Source of the DNA: Candidatus Undinarchaeales archaeon
Lineage (GTDB): Archaea; SpSt-1190; JASMDC01
Direction of reading: 5' to 3'
Assembly: GCA_030753015.1 (NCBI GenBank)
Contig: JASMDC010000004.1
Location: 32,001-96,000, forward strand
DNA length: 64,000 nt
Part shown: one piece after another, positions 17,335 through 27,026 of the stretch
Position numbering within the stretch: the stretch's first letter is position 1
Layout of the letters: every line of letters begins with the position of its first letter
Translations under genes and position numbers: made by a program
The notes under the pieces: model-generated
The model's database searches: none
What the model was told of the DNA's origin: nothing
The model's input: the letters and a program-made list of their open reading frames with translations, nothing else

Positions 17335-19541
17335 GAGCACAGACCCTGCTCCTCATATTGGTGGTCACGTTCAACGCTGGTCTCCTCTGGCCGGTCATCG
17401 GACGGGGCCCGCCCATCGGTATGGACAACTCCTATCACATAGGAAAGCTCGCCTGTCTTTCCGATAACACGGCGGAGGGGGGTCCCGTGTTCGGGTGGTG
17501 TCCGGAGTACAGCGGCGGTTTCCCACTGTTCCGCTATTACCAGCATGTCCCCTACGTGGTCACGCTCGCGATGATGCGGATGCTCCCCCTGGGCGTCGCC
17601 GATGTGTTCAACATCACCCTCGTGCTCTTCTTCGTCGCGCCGGCCCTGGCCATATTCCTCCTTGCACGCGCTCTGGGCGCCCCCCCGGGGTTCGCTGCTG
17701 CCCTGTTCCTGTTCTATCCGACCTGTTGGGGTCACGACCACTGTGCATACTTCAACCTGGGTGTATGGACACAGCCCTTCGGTATCTTCTTCGCTGTGCT
17801 CGCCCTGTGGTCGCTGGCTACCCGTCGTCAGAGCCTTACTGCGCTCCTACTCGCCATCACGATGGCATCGCACCTCGTCCTTGCCTACATGCTCGTCCCG
17901 GTGATCATCCTATTCCCTCTTCTTCTCCACACCGACCGTACTCTCTCCCGGCGTCTAATCCAGGGGATGATGGTGCTCGTACTGGCCGCTGCCCTGAGCG
18001 CGTACTGGCTGGTGCCCACCCTCGCCACCATATCCTATCGAGGGTCCAATCCCTGGGTCCAGAACACCATTCAGAAGCGCTCCTTGGGCCTGGAGGCCAT
18101 CGACCTCCTCCTGGACGGCCGTCTGTTGGATGGTGCCACCAACGGTTCGAGCGAAAAGTACACGGTCTCGAAGCTGGGCCGCCCACCGGTCATCACGGCG
18201 CTCGGGATGGTCGGCCTCGCGCTCTCGCTGACCCGTGACCGTCGCTGCATCCTCCTCATGCTCTCGTTCGCGTACTCGATGGTGCTATTCATAGGCTCTG
18301 AGGTGGTCACACCGCTCAGCTACCTGCCCTTCGAGGCGTCACTGTACTACATCCGCGCCCTTGCGCTCGTCGAGGTGTTCTTCGCCATCCTGGCAGCACG
18401 GGGACTGGGATGGCTCACCGGGGAACGGGCGGCAGGTATCTCTCTTGCCCTCGTCCTCCTCTGGCCGGCCGTAGCGCAGAGCGATATGTGGGGACAGAGC
18501 GGCACTTCCCTATCGGACAGCATCGCTCGGACCGTTAGCGTCACGGTAGGAGGTCCCGCACGCACGGTGCTCTTGCTCATGGGTGCTGTCGTCGCGCTCG
18601 CATCCTCTCGGTGGCCCCGCGGACGGCGCATTGCTGCTGTGGCGCTGGTGGCCGTGCTCCTTCTCCCGCTCGGGCTGGAGCGCGCCGGCTCCGCCAACGG
18701 CCACGCGCGCTCGATCCGCGACTACTCACACATCGCGCGTCGAGTGTACGGCGCCGCTGACATCCTCGCCGGGCTCCCCGGGCCGGGCCGGGTCCACACA
18801 GGGGGCGGCCTTGGACTGGGCAGCCACTGGGAGATCGGGATCCTCGCCCTGCGCGGGGGGAAGGATGCCACTTCAGTGTACGGTGCAGGCCTCGACCACA
18901 CCGCCCTAAACCACCATATCATTGGTCCGCGGCTACAGGTCACTCCAGGCGACCTGGCGATGGCCGGTGTACGATACGTGGTGTCGACCAAACCCCTCTC
19001 CCAGGGCTGGCTGGTCGAGCGTCCCCACGACTATGACGGCTTCCATCTGTACGAGGTGCCGAGCGCGTCCTACGCCGCGACCGTTGACCGGGCACCATTG
19101 TTCCAGGGGACTTGGAACGAGTGGAAGGAGTTCGCGGACAAGTGGGACCGCCGCACTATCGCGTTGTTCTACATGGATGGGCCCATATCGGACGTTGGGC
19201 CGACCTTCGGACCGGGTGAGCCCGTCCCCGACGTCGACCAGCGGACAACACCCGTGTTCGAATGTCAGTCAGCCCGAACGAGCCATACTTGCACTGTGCG
19301 GTCCGATAACCATGGATTCCTTGTGTTGAGAGTGGCGTTCTTCCCCGACTGGCACGCCACCTATGATGGAGAAGAAATCCCCATGTTCGTCGCAGCACCG
19401 TTCTTCATGGCGGTCGGGTTCGCACCGGGCATCCACGAGATCACGTTCACCTGGCGTCAGTCATACCTGGTCACCCTCTCCGTCCTCGTATCGCTGGCAG
19501 TGTCCCTTGCCCTTGTATACGGGGCGGCCCGGCGTCTGTGA
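17331..19541 (+). CDS. YfhO / PTPS-related polytopic membrane protein (putative GT-C fold glycosyltransferase)
   Basis: Motifs GMDNSYH, W.P.YSGGFPLFRYY and AYWLVP; C-terminal FFPDWHATYDG...FMAV...PG.HEITF. GTGA overlap with the radical SAM stop. Confidence 0.7.
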   Translation: MRAQTLLLILVVTFNAGLLWPVIGRGPPIGMDNSYHIGKLACLSDNTAEGGPVFGWCPEYSGGFPLFRYYQHVPYVVTLAMMRMLPLGVADVFNITLVLFFVAPALAIFLLARALGAPPGFAAALFLFYPTCWGHDHCAYFNLGVWTQPFGIFFAVLALWSLATRRQSLTALLLAITMASHLVLAYMLVPVIILFPLLLHTDRTLSRRLIQGMMVLVLAAALSAYWLVPTLATISYRGSNPWVQNTIQKRSLGLEAIDLLLDGRLLDGATNGSSEKYTVSKLGRPPVITALGMVGLALSLTRDRRCILLMLSFAYSMVLFIGSEVVTPLSYLPFEASLYYIRALALVEVFFAILAARGLGWLTGERAAGISLALVLLWPAVAQSDMWGQSGTSLSDSIARTVSVTVGGPARTVLLLMGAVVALASSRWPRGRRIAAVALVAVLLLPLGLERAGSANGHARSIRDYSHIARRVYGAADILAGLPGPGRVHTGGGLGLGSHWEIGILALRGGKDATSVYGAGLDHTALNHHIIGPRLQVTPGDLAMAGVRYVVSTKPLSQGWLVERPHDYDGFHLYEVPSASYAATVDRAPLFQGTWNEWKEFADKWDRRTIALFYMDGPISDVGPTFGPGEPVPDVDQRTTPVFECQSARTSHTCTVRSDNHGFLVLRVAFFPDWHATYDGEEIPMFVAAPFFMAVGFAPGIHEITFTWRQSYLVTLSVLVSLAVSLALVYGAARRL

Positions 19542-19576
19542 AAGACATTTATAACTGTCCAGGGAGAGAAAGGACC

Positions 19577-21790
19577 ATGGCTAGTGCCGGTACGAGGATC
19601 GCGGTGGTTGCGCTCCTTCTCCTCGTACTGGTCACGGCCGAGGACATATCCCTCACCGTGCGCCTGGTCACCAACAATCCGCTCGAGATCGGTTCCAGTG
19701 CCACCGTGTCGCTAAGCGTCCAGAACAGCGGTGAGTATGACACCGAGGTCGTGGTGGCCCTTGACGCCCCTCGCCTCGAGTCCTCTTCCCTGGGCGGGCC
19801 CGAGCAGAACCTGGGGTATCTGGACCCTGGGGCGAAGGGCCAGACTGACTGGCGTGTGACGGCCCCGGGCCCGGGCAACTACACTATCTGTGCGAACGTC
19901 ACCGGATCCGCCAGCATCGAGATGGACTATCCGATCCTGCCCGTATGCCTGAACGTCACAGCGATCACCAAGGTGGAGAGCAAGATCGAGGCAATAAACA
20001 GCACCGTGCTCACGGCCAAGGGTGTTCCCAAGAAGGGCGGATTGGCCGAGGTCCGACCACCACTGAACCTCACCCTGGCCAAGGGCACCATCACACGGGA
20101 GAACGGTAGCATCCAGTTCAAGCTCTCCGTGGAGAACACGGGTACAAGGGGCGACGTGGTGACCGTGAACGTGGAGGGGAAGGGTGCCACCGATGTGGAC
20201 CCCGCCTCGTTCAACCTCCCCCCCGGTGCGTCAAGGAGCGTCACCATACGGGTTCAGGGCACCGACCTCCTGGACATCACCGTGACAGTGAAGGACGACC
20301 TCGATCGGTTGCTGGTAACTGAGAGGGTGCTCGACCGCCCCAAGGAGACCACCAACTGGGCGCGTGCAATCGTGCCACTCCTGTTGATCATCCCCATAAT
20401 CTTCGTGATCATCATAAAGGGACGGGCCATGGAACGGCTCCTCCCCTCGCTGTACGTCCAGCGCTTCGAGAGCGTCATCGACGTCAGGGAGCGCGAATCC
20501 GAGCTCATGGGCAAGCGCATCTCCCTTGAGGGCAAGGTCATCCTGGACGAGAACTTCGAGTTATTCCACACGGTGTACGTCTACGATGCTTCAGGCGACT
20601 ACCTGGCCGCCACCACCGATATCCAGCTGGAAGAGGGTATCTACACGGTGACCGGTCGCCTGGGCCGCGCCGAACAAACTCAGGGTTACGTCCAGGAGGG
20701 CGAGCTCCTGCTCCAGGTGGAGTCCGCCCAGGGTGAGTGGCAGTCCGGTGCGTCGCTGTTCGCCATGCGCAACCATGTCCGTGCCGTGGTGGTGCTGGCC
20801 GTGCTCTACCTGCTCGTGTCCCGGCGCATCCGTGACATCACCTATATAGCACCGTGGGGCAACCTCCAGTACCTGGCCATCGCGCCCTTCTCGCTGCCCC
20901 TCATCCCCATCCTCTTCGCCCTCGTGCCACTGCTGGTGGCCCTGGTCATGGGTCCCGTTTTCTGCGGCTGGGTATGCCCCATTGGCTTCTTCCACGAGGT
21001 CATCGGTACAAGGCTCTCAAAGCCCCGGAAGGCGCTCGCGCGCCTCAACGACCGCAACATCAAGTACCTGGGGCTGCTCGTCGTCATCGTCGTGACCCTC
21101 GGCTTCCGAACACCGGCCCTGTGCCGGGTGTGCCCCTTCGGTGACGTGTTGGCGCGGATCGAGCTGGACCCGGGCATCTCCGCCGATGCCTTCGCAGGGG
21201 GGGTGTTCGCCTGGCGCCTAGGCATCCTGGGAGCGCTGATCATAGCCATGATCCTCATCCAGCCCATTTTCTGGTGCAAGAACCTCTGCCCCTACGGTGC
21301 GCTCCTGTCGGTGATGGGCATCACCAAGTGGATCGACGTCCATGTCCAACGACAGGCCTGCGTCGACTGCGGTCTGTGCGAGAACGTATGTCCCTACGAG
21401 CTGGGCATCCTCACCGACACCCACATGAACGAGTGTACGTCCTGTGGCAAGTGCGTGACCGTCTGCTTCAAGAACGCCCTGACGCTCAACTTCAATCCCG
21501 GTCTCATCCGACAGAACCTGGTGCCCGCGGTACTGGGCCTTCTGGTGGTGGCCATCATCCTGATGTTCCCCTTCATCAGCGAGCGTCTGCCGGTCACCAT
21601 CGATTACACGAAGTGTATCAAGTGCGGTGCTTGCTGGGAACAGCATCCCAAGTTTTTCGCTGAGGACGAACGAACCGGGTTCCCGGTCATCAGCGAGGAC
21701 TCAGCGGTGAAGGTCGCGGGGCTCACGCCAGAGGAGGCGGACCGCATAATAGCAGTATGTCCTGTGGACGCCATCTCCGTGGAGGATTGA
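19577..21790 (+). CDS. Fusion: signal peptide + Ig/CARDB-like domains + OB-like domain + NapH/YccM-type membrane polyferredoxin + C-terminal ferredoxin
   Basis: Motifs FCGWVCPIG, CRVCP, WCKNLCPYG, CVDCGLCENVCP, CTSCGKCVTVC and CIKCGAC...CPVDAI. The N-terminus has beta-rich V.NSG / VENTG repeats. Confidence 0.8.
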   Translation: MASAGTRIAVVALLLLVLVTAEDISLTVRLVTNNPLEIGSSATVSLSVQNSGEYDTEVVVALDAPRLESSSLGGPEQNLGYLDPGAKGQTDWRVTAPGPGNYTICANVTGSASIEMDYPILPVCLNVTAITKVESKIEAINSTVLTAKGVPKKGGLAEVRPPLNLTLAKGTITRENGSIQFKLSVENTGTRGDVVTVNVEGKGATDVDPASFNLPPGASRSVTIRVQGTDLLDITVTVKDDLDRLLVTERVLDRPKETTNWARAIVPLLLIIPIIFVIIIKGRAMERLLPSLYVQRFESVIDVRERESELMGKRISLEGKVILDENFELFHTVYVYDASGDYLAATTDIQLEEGIYTVTGRLGRAEQTQGYVQEGELLLQVESAQGEWQSGASLFAMRNHVRAVVVLAVLYLLVSRRIRDITYIAPWGNLQYLAIAPFSLPLIPILFALVPLLVALVMGPVFCGWVCPIGFFHEVIGTRLSKPRKALARLNDRNIKYLGLLVVIVVTLGFRTPALCRVCPFGDVLARIELDPGISADAFAGGVFAWRLGILGALIIAMILIQPIFWCKNLCPYGALLSVMGITKWIDVHVQRQACVDCGLCENVCPYELGILTDTHMNECTSCGKCVTVCFKNALTLNFNPGLIRQNLVPAVLGLLVVAIILMFPFISERLPVTIDYTKCIKCGACWEQHPKFFAEDERTGFPVISEDSAVKVAGLTPEEADRIIAVCPVDAISVED

Positions 21791-21886
21791 AGCACGGGGC
21801 AGTTGCTTAGACATTGGTCTAAAACCATCAAAGTGGCGAGGTTAGTCTTAGAAAGAGGCAGACAAATTAGAGTCGCGAGATAGGAT

Positions 21887-24433
21887 TCAGGATTGATTCC
21901 GTACGTAATAATACCTGTATACTAACGAGAACATCAGTGCTAACATTAGGATGACGATCACTCCTTTACGCGTCATACTACCCTTTCCCCCTCCTTCCTG
22001 GAGAACAACGATTGAACCATCGTCCGACACGTAATAAAGGGATTCGTCCGCTGGCACGATACTAGATGCGATTGGATTATTCGTACGATAGCTCCATACC
22101 TCACTCCCATCTCTAGCATCGAGGGCGCGGATGTGCCGATCGCTGGTGCCCACGAAAAGAACGCCATCCTTGATGGTTGGTGAAAGGGTAGGATTGATCC
22201 CCTTTTCTATCTTCCAGTGTACATCACCGGTCTGAGCATCGAGAGCGTAGATATCAGGGGACAGGATATAGAGGATACCATCCGCGAGAACGGGTGCCGT
22301 TACGATTGAACTATTGGTTTGAAAGGTCCATATCTCAATACCATTCACTGCGTCCAAGGCATAGACAGCGCCGTCCTCTGAACCGAAATAGACGATCCCA
22401 TCGGCCACATATGGAGAGGCAAAAACCGATCCCTGCGTATGATACATCCATTTTTTCCCCCCCGTCTTTCCATCGAGCGCATAGACGTTTGCGTTGCCTG
22501 AACCTACGTACAAGATACCGTTCGCATAGACTGGTTGAGACTTGAGGCCCGCCCCGAGGGTACGGTTCCATACATGCTTACCGGTAGCTTCCTCCAGTGC
22601 AATGATTTTACTGCCGTCCGTAGAGATGAAGAGGAGGCCGTCCCCCCCAACAGGGGGAAGAAGCGAGTCCGCTCGATCGGTATAATAGGTCCATAGGATC
22701 CCCCCACTATCAACATCCACTGCATAGGCGAACATATTCTCTGAGGTGAAGACGACCTTCTCATTCGATACGAAGGGTGTTGAGAGCCTGTGGAACCCCT
22801 CCATATGGAATGACCATTGAATTGAACCCGTCAGAGCATTAATTGCATAGAGGTGACCATCCGACGATGTGCTATAGACGTTCCCCGCCTCAATAACGAG
22901 GGGGGGAGCAATCGCGCCCCCTGACTTGAAGCTCCACGCGGGTCCGAAATCGAAGGAGAAATCCTTTCGAGAAGACGCTCCTTGCGTTCCTACATCCTCT
23001 GCCAGTACCTCGTTCACAGGTGTGGGCTCGGGAGGGATCATGGCCGTAGATGGGATGACTGTTATAGTTGACCGCCTACATCCATAATTCTTTTTCTCGT
23101 CCTCGCAACATACCCTTGCTGTATGATGGCCCTCCCCTAGGTCGAGCTCCCACAGTACCGTCCCATTCAGGTTATCGGTCCAGGAATGGGGCTCACCATC
23201 GATGAGAAGGCCACAGTCAGTTATTGATGGATACTCATTAGTGACATTCACGAACAAGGTGACCATCCTAGATGCGACGGTTACATCTTGGATTTCGAAA
23301 AACGGGGGAGCCCCTTCAAGGACCGTAATCCTGGCGGAGTCCCCATCCATCGATGGGCCGAGGTCGTTTACAATCTGCTGTATCTCCTTGGCAAGTGCTT
23401 GCGCAGCCAGGTCATGGGCTTGGGCGTTCGGATGCATGTCGCGAGGATGGACATGGAAGTCCTCATCATCCCCCCCTGCGTATAGCGGGAGCAGGTCAAC
23501 GGCCCTGATCCCATTTTCACGGCAGAAGGTCATGATGAGGTCGTGGATACCGTTAAAGGGATAGTCCCTCAGGTTATAGAAATGGGGGAAGACCATTACG
23601 ATAAGGGTAATGTTACTCTCCTCTGCTACCCTCTTCATCTCTGCGATGTGCTCTGATGTCTTGGTCCAGTGCCCATCGGTAGTGCCAAGATAATCGGAGC
23701 GGTACTGCTCCACCATCGTACGCGTGGCGACGCGGTTCATTATCCTTCCGGAGATAAAGTCGAATAAAGCGCTCCAGGGTGGTTCGGAATACTTGATATC
23801 CCCTCGTGTGCGTCGTTTATTATAGATATCATTGAGCATATATCCGAGAACGACAATATGGGGTTTCACCCCGGGTTCCAACCACGTTAATTGCTCGATT
23901 TCTTGGCGAGTAGAATATCCCTGCACTGCCGCATTGAGTACTTGGTACCGTTCACCCCCTTGGGCACTCCCCTGAAGGAAGCGTTCCAATCGAGAAGAAT
24001 AGGTATCTTCATTGGCAACACCATAACCAAATGAAAAGGAGTCCCCGAGCACAAGCACCCTCACAGACCCATTGCTCGTGAGGAGTCTCCGATCGGGTCC
24101 ACGCATCCCCCATGAATTAATGTGATACTCGACCCTCCCATCCGGGGGGAGCGTATTATATGGATCTCCATCGTACATGGTGAAGAAAGTACTATTAGGT
24201 ATGGGCTCGTACTCCAACATGGGATTAGCACTCGAGCGTATGGCGAACGTACCGCTTTGCAGTTCAAGTGGGGAAGGGGTGAACATCCGAACACCAATCT
24301 CCAGGAGGAGTAAGGTCATCATCACACTTACTCCGACCACGATCACTTTTCCCTTGAATTGAGGTGTAATACGGCCGCGTTGCTTGGTCCTATCCTCTCC
24401 CTTACCATTAGGCATTATCGACGTCGAGGCCAT
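21887..24433 (-). CDS. SGNH/GDSL hydrolase - Ig-like - PQQ/BamB-type beta-propeller fusion, membrane anchored
   Basis: Motifs LGDSFSFG, NAAVQGYS, LND and DMHPNA; repeated YA(L/I)(D/N)A..G...W propeller blades; TM helices at both ends. Confidence 0.85.
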   Translation of the reverse strand: MASTSIMPNGKGEDRTKQRGRITPQFKGKVIVVGVSVMMTLLLLEIGVRMFTPSPLELQSGTFAIRSSANPMLEYEPIPNSTFFTMYDGDPYNTLPPDGRVEYHINSWGMRGPDRRLLTSNGSVRVLVLGDSFSFGYGVANEDTYSSRLERFLQGSAQGGERYQVLNAAVQGYSTRQEIEQLTWLEPGVKPHIVVLGYMLNDIYNKRRTRGDIKYSEPPWSALFDFISGRIMNRVATRTMVEQYRSDYLGTTDGHWTKTSEHIAEMKRVAEESNITLIVMVFPHFYNLRDYPFNGIHDLIMTFCRENGIRAVDLLPLYAGGDDEDFHVHPRDMHPNAQAHDLAAQALAKEIQQIVNDLGPSMDGDSARITVLEGAPPFFEIQDVTVASRMVTLFVNVTNEYPSITDCGLLIDGEPHSWTDNLNGTVLWELDLGEGHHTARVCCEDEKKNYGCRRSTITVIPSTAMIPPEPTPVNEVLAEDVGTQGASSRKDFSFDFGPAWSFKSGGAIAPPLVIEAGNVYSTSSDGHLYAINALTGSIQWSFHMEGFHRLSTPFVSNEKVVFTSENMFAYAVDVDSGGILWTYYTDRADSLLPPVGGDGLLFISTDGSKIIALEEATGKHVWNRTLGAGLKSQPVYANGILYVGSGNANVYALDGKTGGKKWMYHTQGSVFASPYVADGIVYFGSEDGAVYALDAVNGIEIWTFQTNSSIVTAPVLADGILYILSPDIYALDAQTGDVHWKIEKGINPTLSPTIKDGVLFVGTSDRHIRALDARDGSEVWSYRTNNPIASSIVPADESLYYVSDDGSIVVLQEGGGKGSMTRKGVIVILMLALMFSLVYRYYYVRNQS

Positions 24434-24866
24434 GGGAGTTTCCCTTAGAATCTGATTGGGTCTCCGGTGCAATGCTGGAAGGGCGATCCTTGCCAGATTT
24501 CCTGGACAGGAAAAGTGGGCTCAAGAAGAAGTTGGTTTGACCTATTTGCGTCACTACAATCCGAACGGATGAATTCCTCCATTGCTCAGTTCCTCTGATA
24601 GAGGAAGTCGTACCTGATGGAAAGTGGGCCTTCCGACGTTGAATGGATGAGGGGTTTAATGTGATACAACTGATAATGGTCGCCAGCACCCTCATCCATC
24701 CTCTTTCGCATTATCACGAATGCGTCATGCTTTTCAAGTAATAAAAGGGTTACGCTCCATCCTTTATCGAGGGACATCGCCTCGTTTACGTTCATGGTTT
24801 CTGTCCATCGTTACTGAACGGACGTGGTGATGGACCATTCCACCTCTGGCCAGACGCAGGTATCCT

Positions 24867-25607
24867 CTACCCAATCACGGGATTCGCGTCAATATCGAAC
24901 GGGTTCGTCCTCATCGCGAGGGAGAACAGGTACGGGTGGTCGTCCTTGAGGTGCCTCATGTACGCAAGCCACTGACGGACGAGCAGGACGTAGGCGCGTT
25001 GCAGGTCCTTGGCCAGGTGCTCACGGTCAGTGTCGGGGAGCACGTCGAGGTCCGGACGGACAGCCAGTTCCTCGGTAAGGTGGAACACAGCCTGGAGGAG
25101 TTCGGTGAACGACTCGTGCTCCAGGAGGTTGGGATTGGCGAGCAGGCGCACCATGACCTTCCGCTTCTCGATGAGGAACCGCCGCAGGTCCTCGAGCTCC
25201 ACACGGTCGATCTCGATGTCGTAGCCATGGTCCTCCAGTCCCAACACTACCCGGTCGAAGTGCTCGTCGTCCCAGTCACCAGTGATGATAAGGCGCTTCC
25301 GGATCGAGTCGACGTACGGGTCCAAGTGGGCGAAGTACTTCAGCAGCAGGGTCCCGGCCTCGCTGAAGAACACACCGATGAGCATGTTCAACTTCTCCAA
25401 GCGGATGTGGCGCTCTCGCTCGTTGAGCACCTTCTCGACGATTAGGGAGACCAGGAGGACCTCGATGGGGAGGAAGGCGAGGTCGCTCACCATGAACTTG
25501 CCGATGTGCTCCGGATCATGGAAGATGACGAAGTGGACGAGGTAGATGATCGTGGAGGTTACGACGAGGATGATGGCCAGTCGTGCCTCCCAGCTCAGGC
25601 GTCCCAC
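24867..25607 (-). CDS. Conserved hypothetical 2-TM protein
   Basis: 246 aa with host-like codon usage. Motifs DLAFLPIEVLLV, LEKLNMLIGVFFSE, NPNLLEHESFT and PYLFSLAMRTNPF resemble a family seen in methanogens and anaerobes. Confidence 0.7.
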   Translation of the reverse strand: MGRLSWEARLAIILVVTSTIIYLVHFVIFHDPEHIGKFMVSDLAFLPIEVLLVSLIVEKVLNERERHIRLEKLNMLIGVFFSEAGTLLLKYFAHLDPYVDSIRKRLIITGDWDDEHFDRVVLGLEDHGYDIEIDRVELEDLRRFLIEKRKVMVRLLANPNLLEHESFTELLQAVFHLTEELAVRPDLDVLPDTDREHLAKDLQRAYVLLVRQWLAYMRHLKDDHPYLFSLAMRTNPFDIDANPVIG

Positions 25608-25672
25608 AGCTCTTGAGCAGGTGAGAAAAGGCTATTTATGTCTTTGCCCCCTGGCCTTCCCGGGGATACGGC

Positions 25673-26983
25673 GTGACCACCGAGGAGACCCTGTTCATCA
25701 AGAACGGTACTATAGTCACCATGGGTGAGCAGAACCGAGTGTTGAAGGGCTCGGTGCTCATGGAAGGTGGTCGTATCGCCGCGGTCGGGGACGTCAAGAC
25801 CACTGCTGACAAGGTAGTCGATGCTACAGGAAAGCTGGTCATCCCGGGTATCCCCTGCGGTCATTCCCATATGTACGGGGTGTTCTCCCGGGGCATGGCA
25901 CTCAAGTCCGAACCCGCTACGGACTTCAAGGAGATACTGGAGCGATTGTGGTGGATGCTCGACAAGGGGCTCACGCTCAAGGACGTTCGGCTCTCGGCCG
26001 AGGTGTGCCTGTGCGAGGCCATCCGCTGTGGCACGACATCATTCGCCGAGCATCATGCGTCGCCCAACGCGGTCATCGGCAGCCTCCAGACCATCGCCGA
26101 CGCTGTGGACCGGGCCGGGCTGAGAGGACTGTTGTGCTACGAGACCTCGGACCGCGACGGCGAAGATATCGCACGGCAGGGCATTGAGGAGAACCGCGCC
26201 TTCGCTGCCAGCTACCGTGACCACCCGCGGATCCGCGGTAACTTCGGGCTGCACGCATCGCTCACCCTCTCGGACGAGACCCTGGCCCGGTGCGTCGAGG
26301 CCGAGGGCCCGCTGGGCTGTGGGTTCCATGTTCACGTGGCCGAGGGCCAATGCGATGTGGATGATGCGAAAGAGAAGTACGACATGGGTGTGGTGGAGCG
26401 GCTCCATGACCGGGGCATCTCCGGTCCGCGCTCGATCTTCGTCCATTGCGTCCACGCATCAGATGCAGAGAAGGACCTGCTGGCCAGTACAAAGACCCAC
26501 GTGGCCCACAATCCCGAGTCGAACATGAACAACGCCGTGGGCGTTGCCGATGTACAGGGGATGCTGGACCGGGGCGTCAACGTCGGCCTGGGGACCGATG
26601 GTTTCACGTTCAATATGTTCCGGGAAGCAAAGAGCGCCTATGTAGTGCATAAGCTCGCCACCAGGGACCCGCGTTCCATGGGTGCGGACACGGTGATGGA
26701 CCTGCTGTTCCGTCGCAATGCCGCGATACTGGACATGCCCGTGGGAGAAGTGGCGCCTGGCAAGTGCGCCGATGCGGTCATCCTCGATTACGATCCGCCT
26801 ACACGGCTCAACGGCGGTAACTTCCCCTGGCACTTCATGTTCGGTCTCGAGGACTATCAGGTACGCACCGTCATCGCAGACGGGAAGGTGGTTATGGAGG
26901 ACCGCATCATCAATACACTGAACGAGGCGCGCATCATGGCTGAGGCGCGCGAGGCCTCGGCGGCCTTGTGGGACCGACTCTGA
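25673..26983 (+). CDS. ssnA: SsnA-like metal-dependent aminohydrolase (Atz/Trz family)
   Basis: Motifs GHSHMYG, FKEILERLWW.LD, HHASP, CYETSDRDG, GLHAS.TLS, HVAEG and HNPESNMNN.VG. Confidence 0.85.
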   Translation: MTTEETLFIKNGTIVTMGEQNRVLKGSVLMEGGRIAAVGDVKTTADKVVDATGKLVIPGIPCGHSHMYGVFSRGMALKSEPATDFKEILERLWWMLDKGLTLKDVRLSAEVCLCEAIRCGTTSFAEHHASPNAVIGSLQTIADAVDRAGLRGLLCYETSDRDGEDIARQGIEENRAFAASYRDHPRIRGNFGLHASLTLSDETLARCVEAEGPLGCGFHVHVAEGQCDVDDAKEKYDMGVVERLHDRGISGPRSIFVHCVHASDAEKDLLASTKTHVAHNPESNMNNAVGVADVQGMLDRGVNVGLGTDGFTFNMFREAKSAYVVHKLATRDPRSMGADTVMDLLFRRNAAILDMPVGEVAPGKCADAVILDYDPPTRLNGGNFPWHFMFGLEDYQVRTVIADGKVVMEDRIINTLNEARIMAEAREASAALWDRL

Positions 26984-27026
26984 CAAGATATACTCATCAA
27001 TCATAGAACATGGAGGAGAGAAGGAC

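Noticed and set aside
22000-22950. Repetitive pattern that might be a DNA repeat array
   Set aside because: The repeats are protein-level PQQ propeller blades with no identical nucleotide repeats or spacers.
24408-24795. Short ORFs of 69 and 95 aa upstream of the SGNH fusion
   Set aside because: They have no recognisable motif, atypical composition and overlap each other, so I cannot support them as genes.
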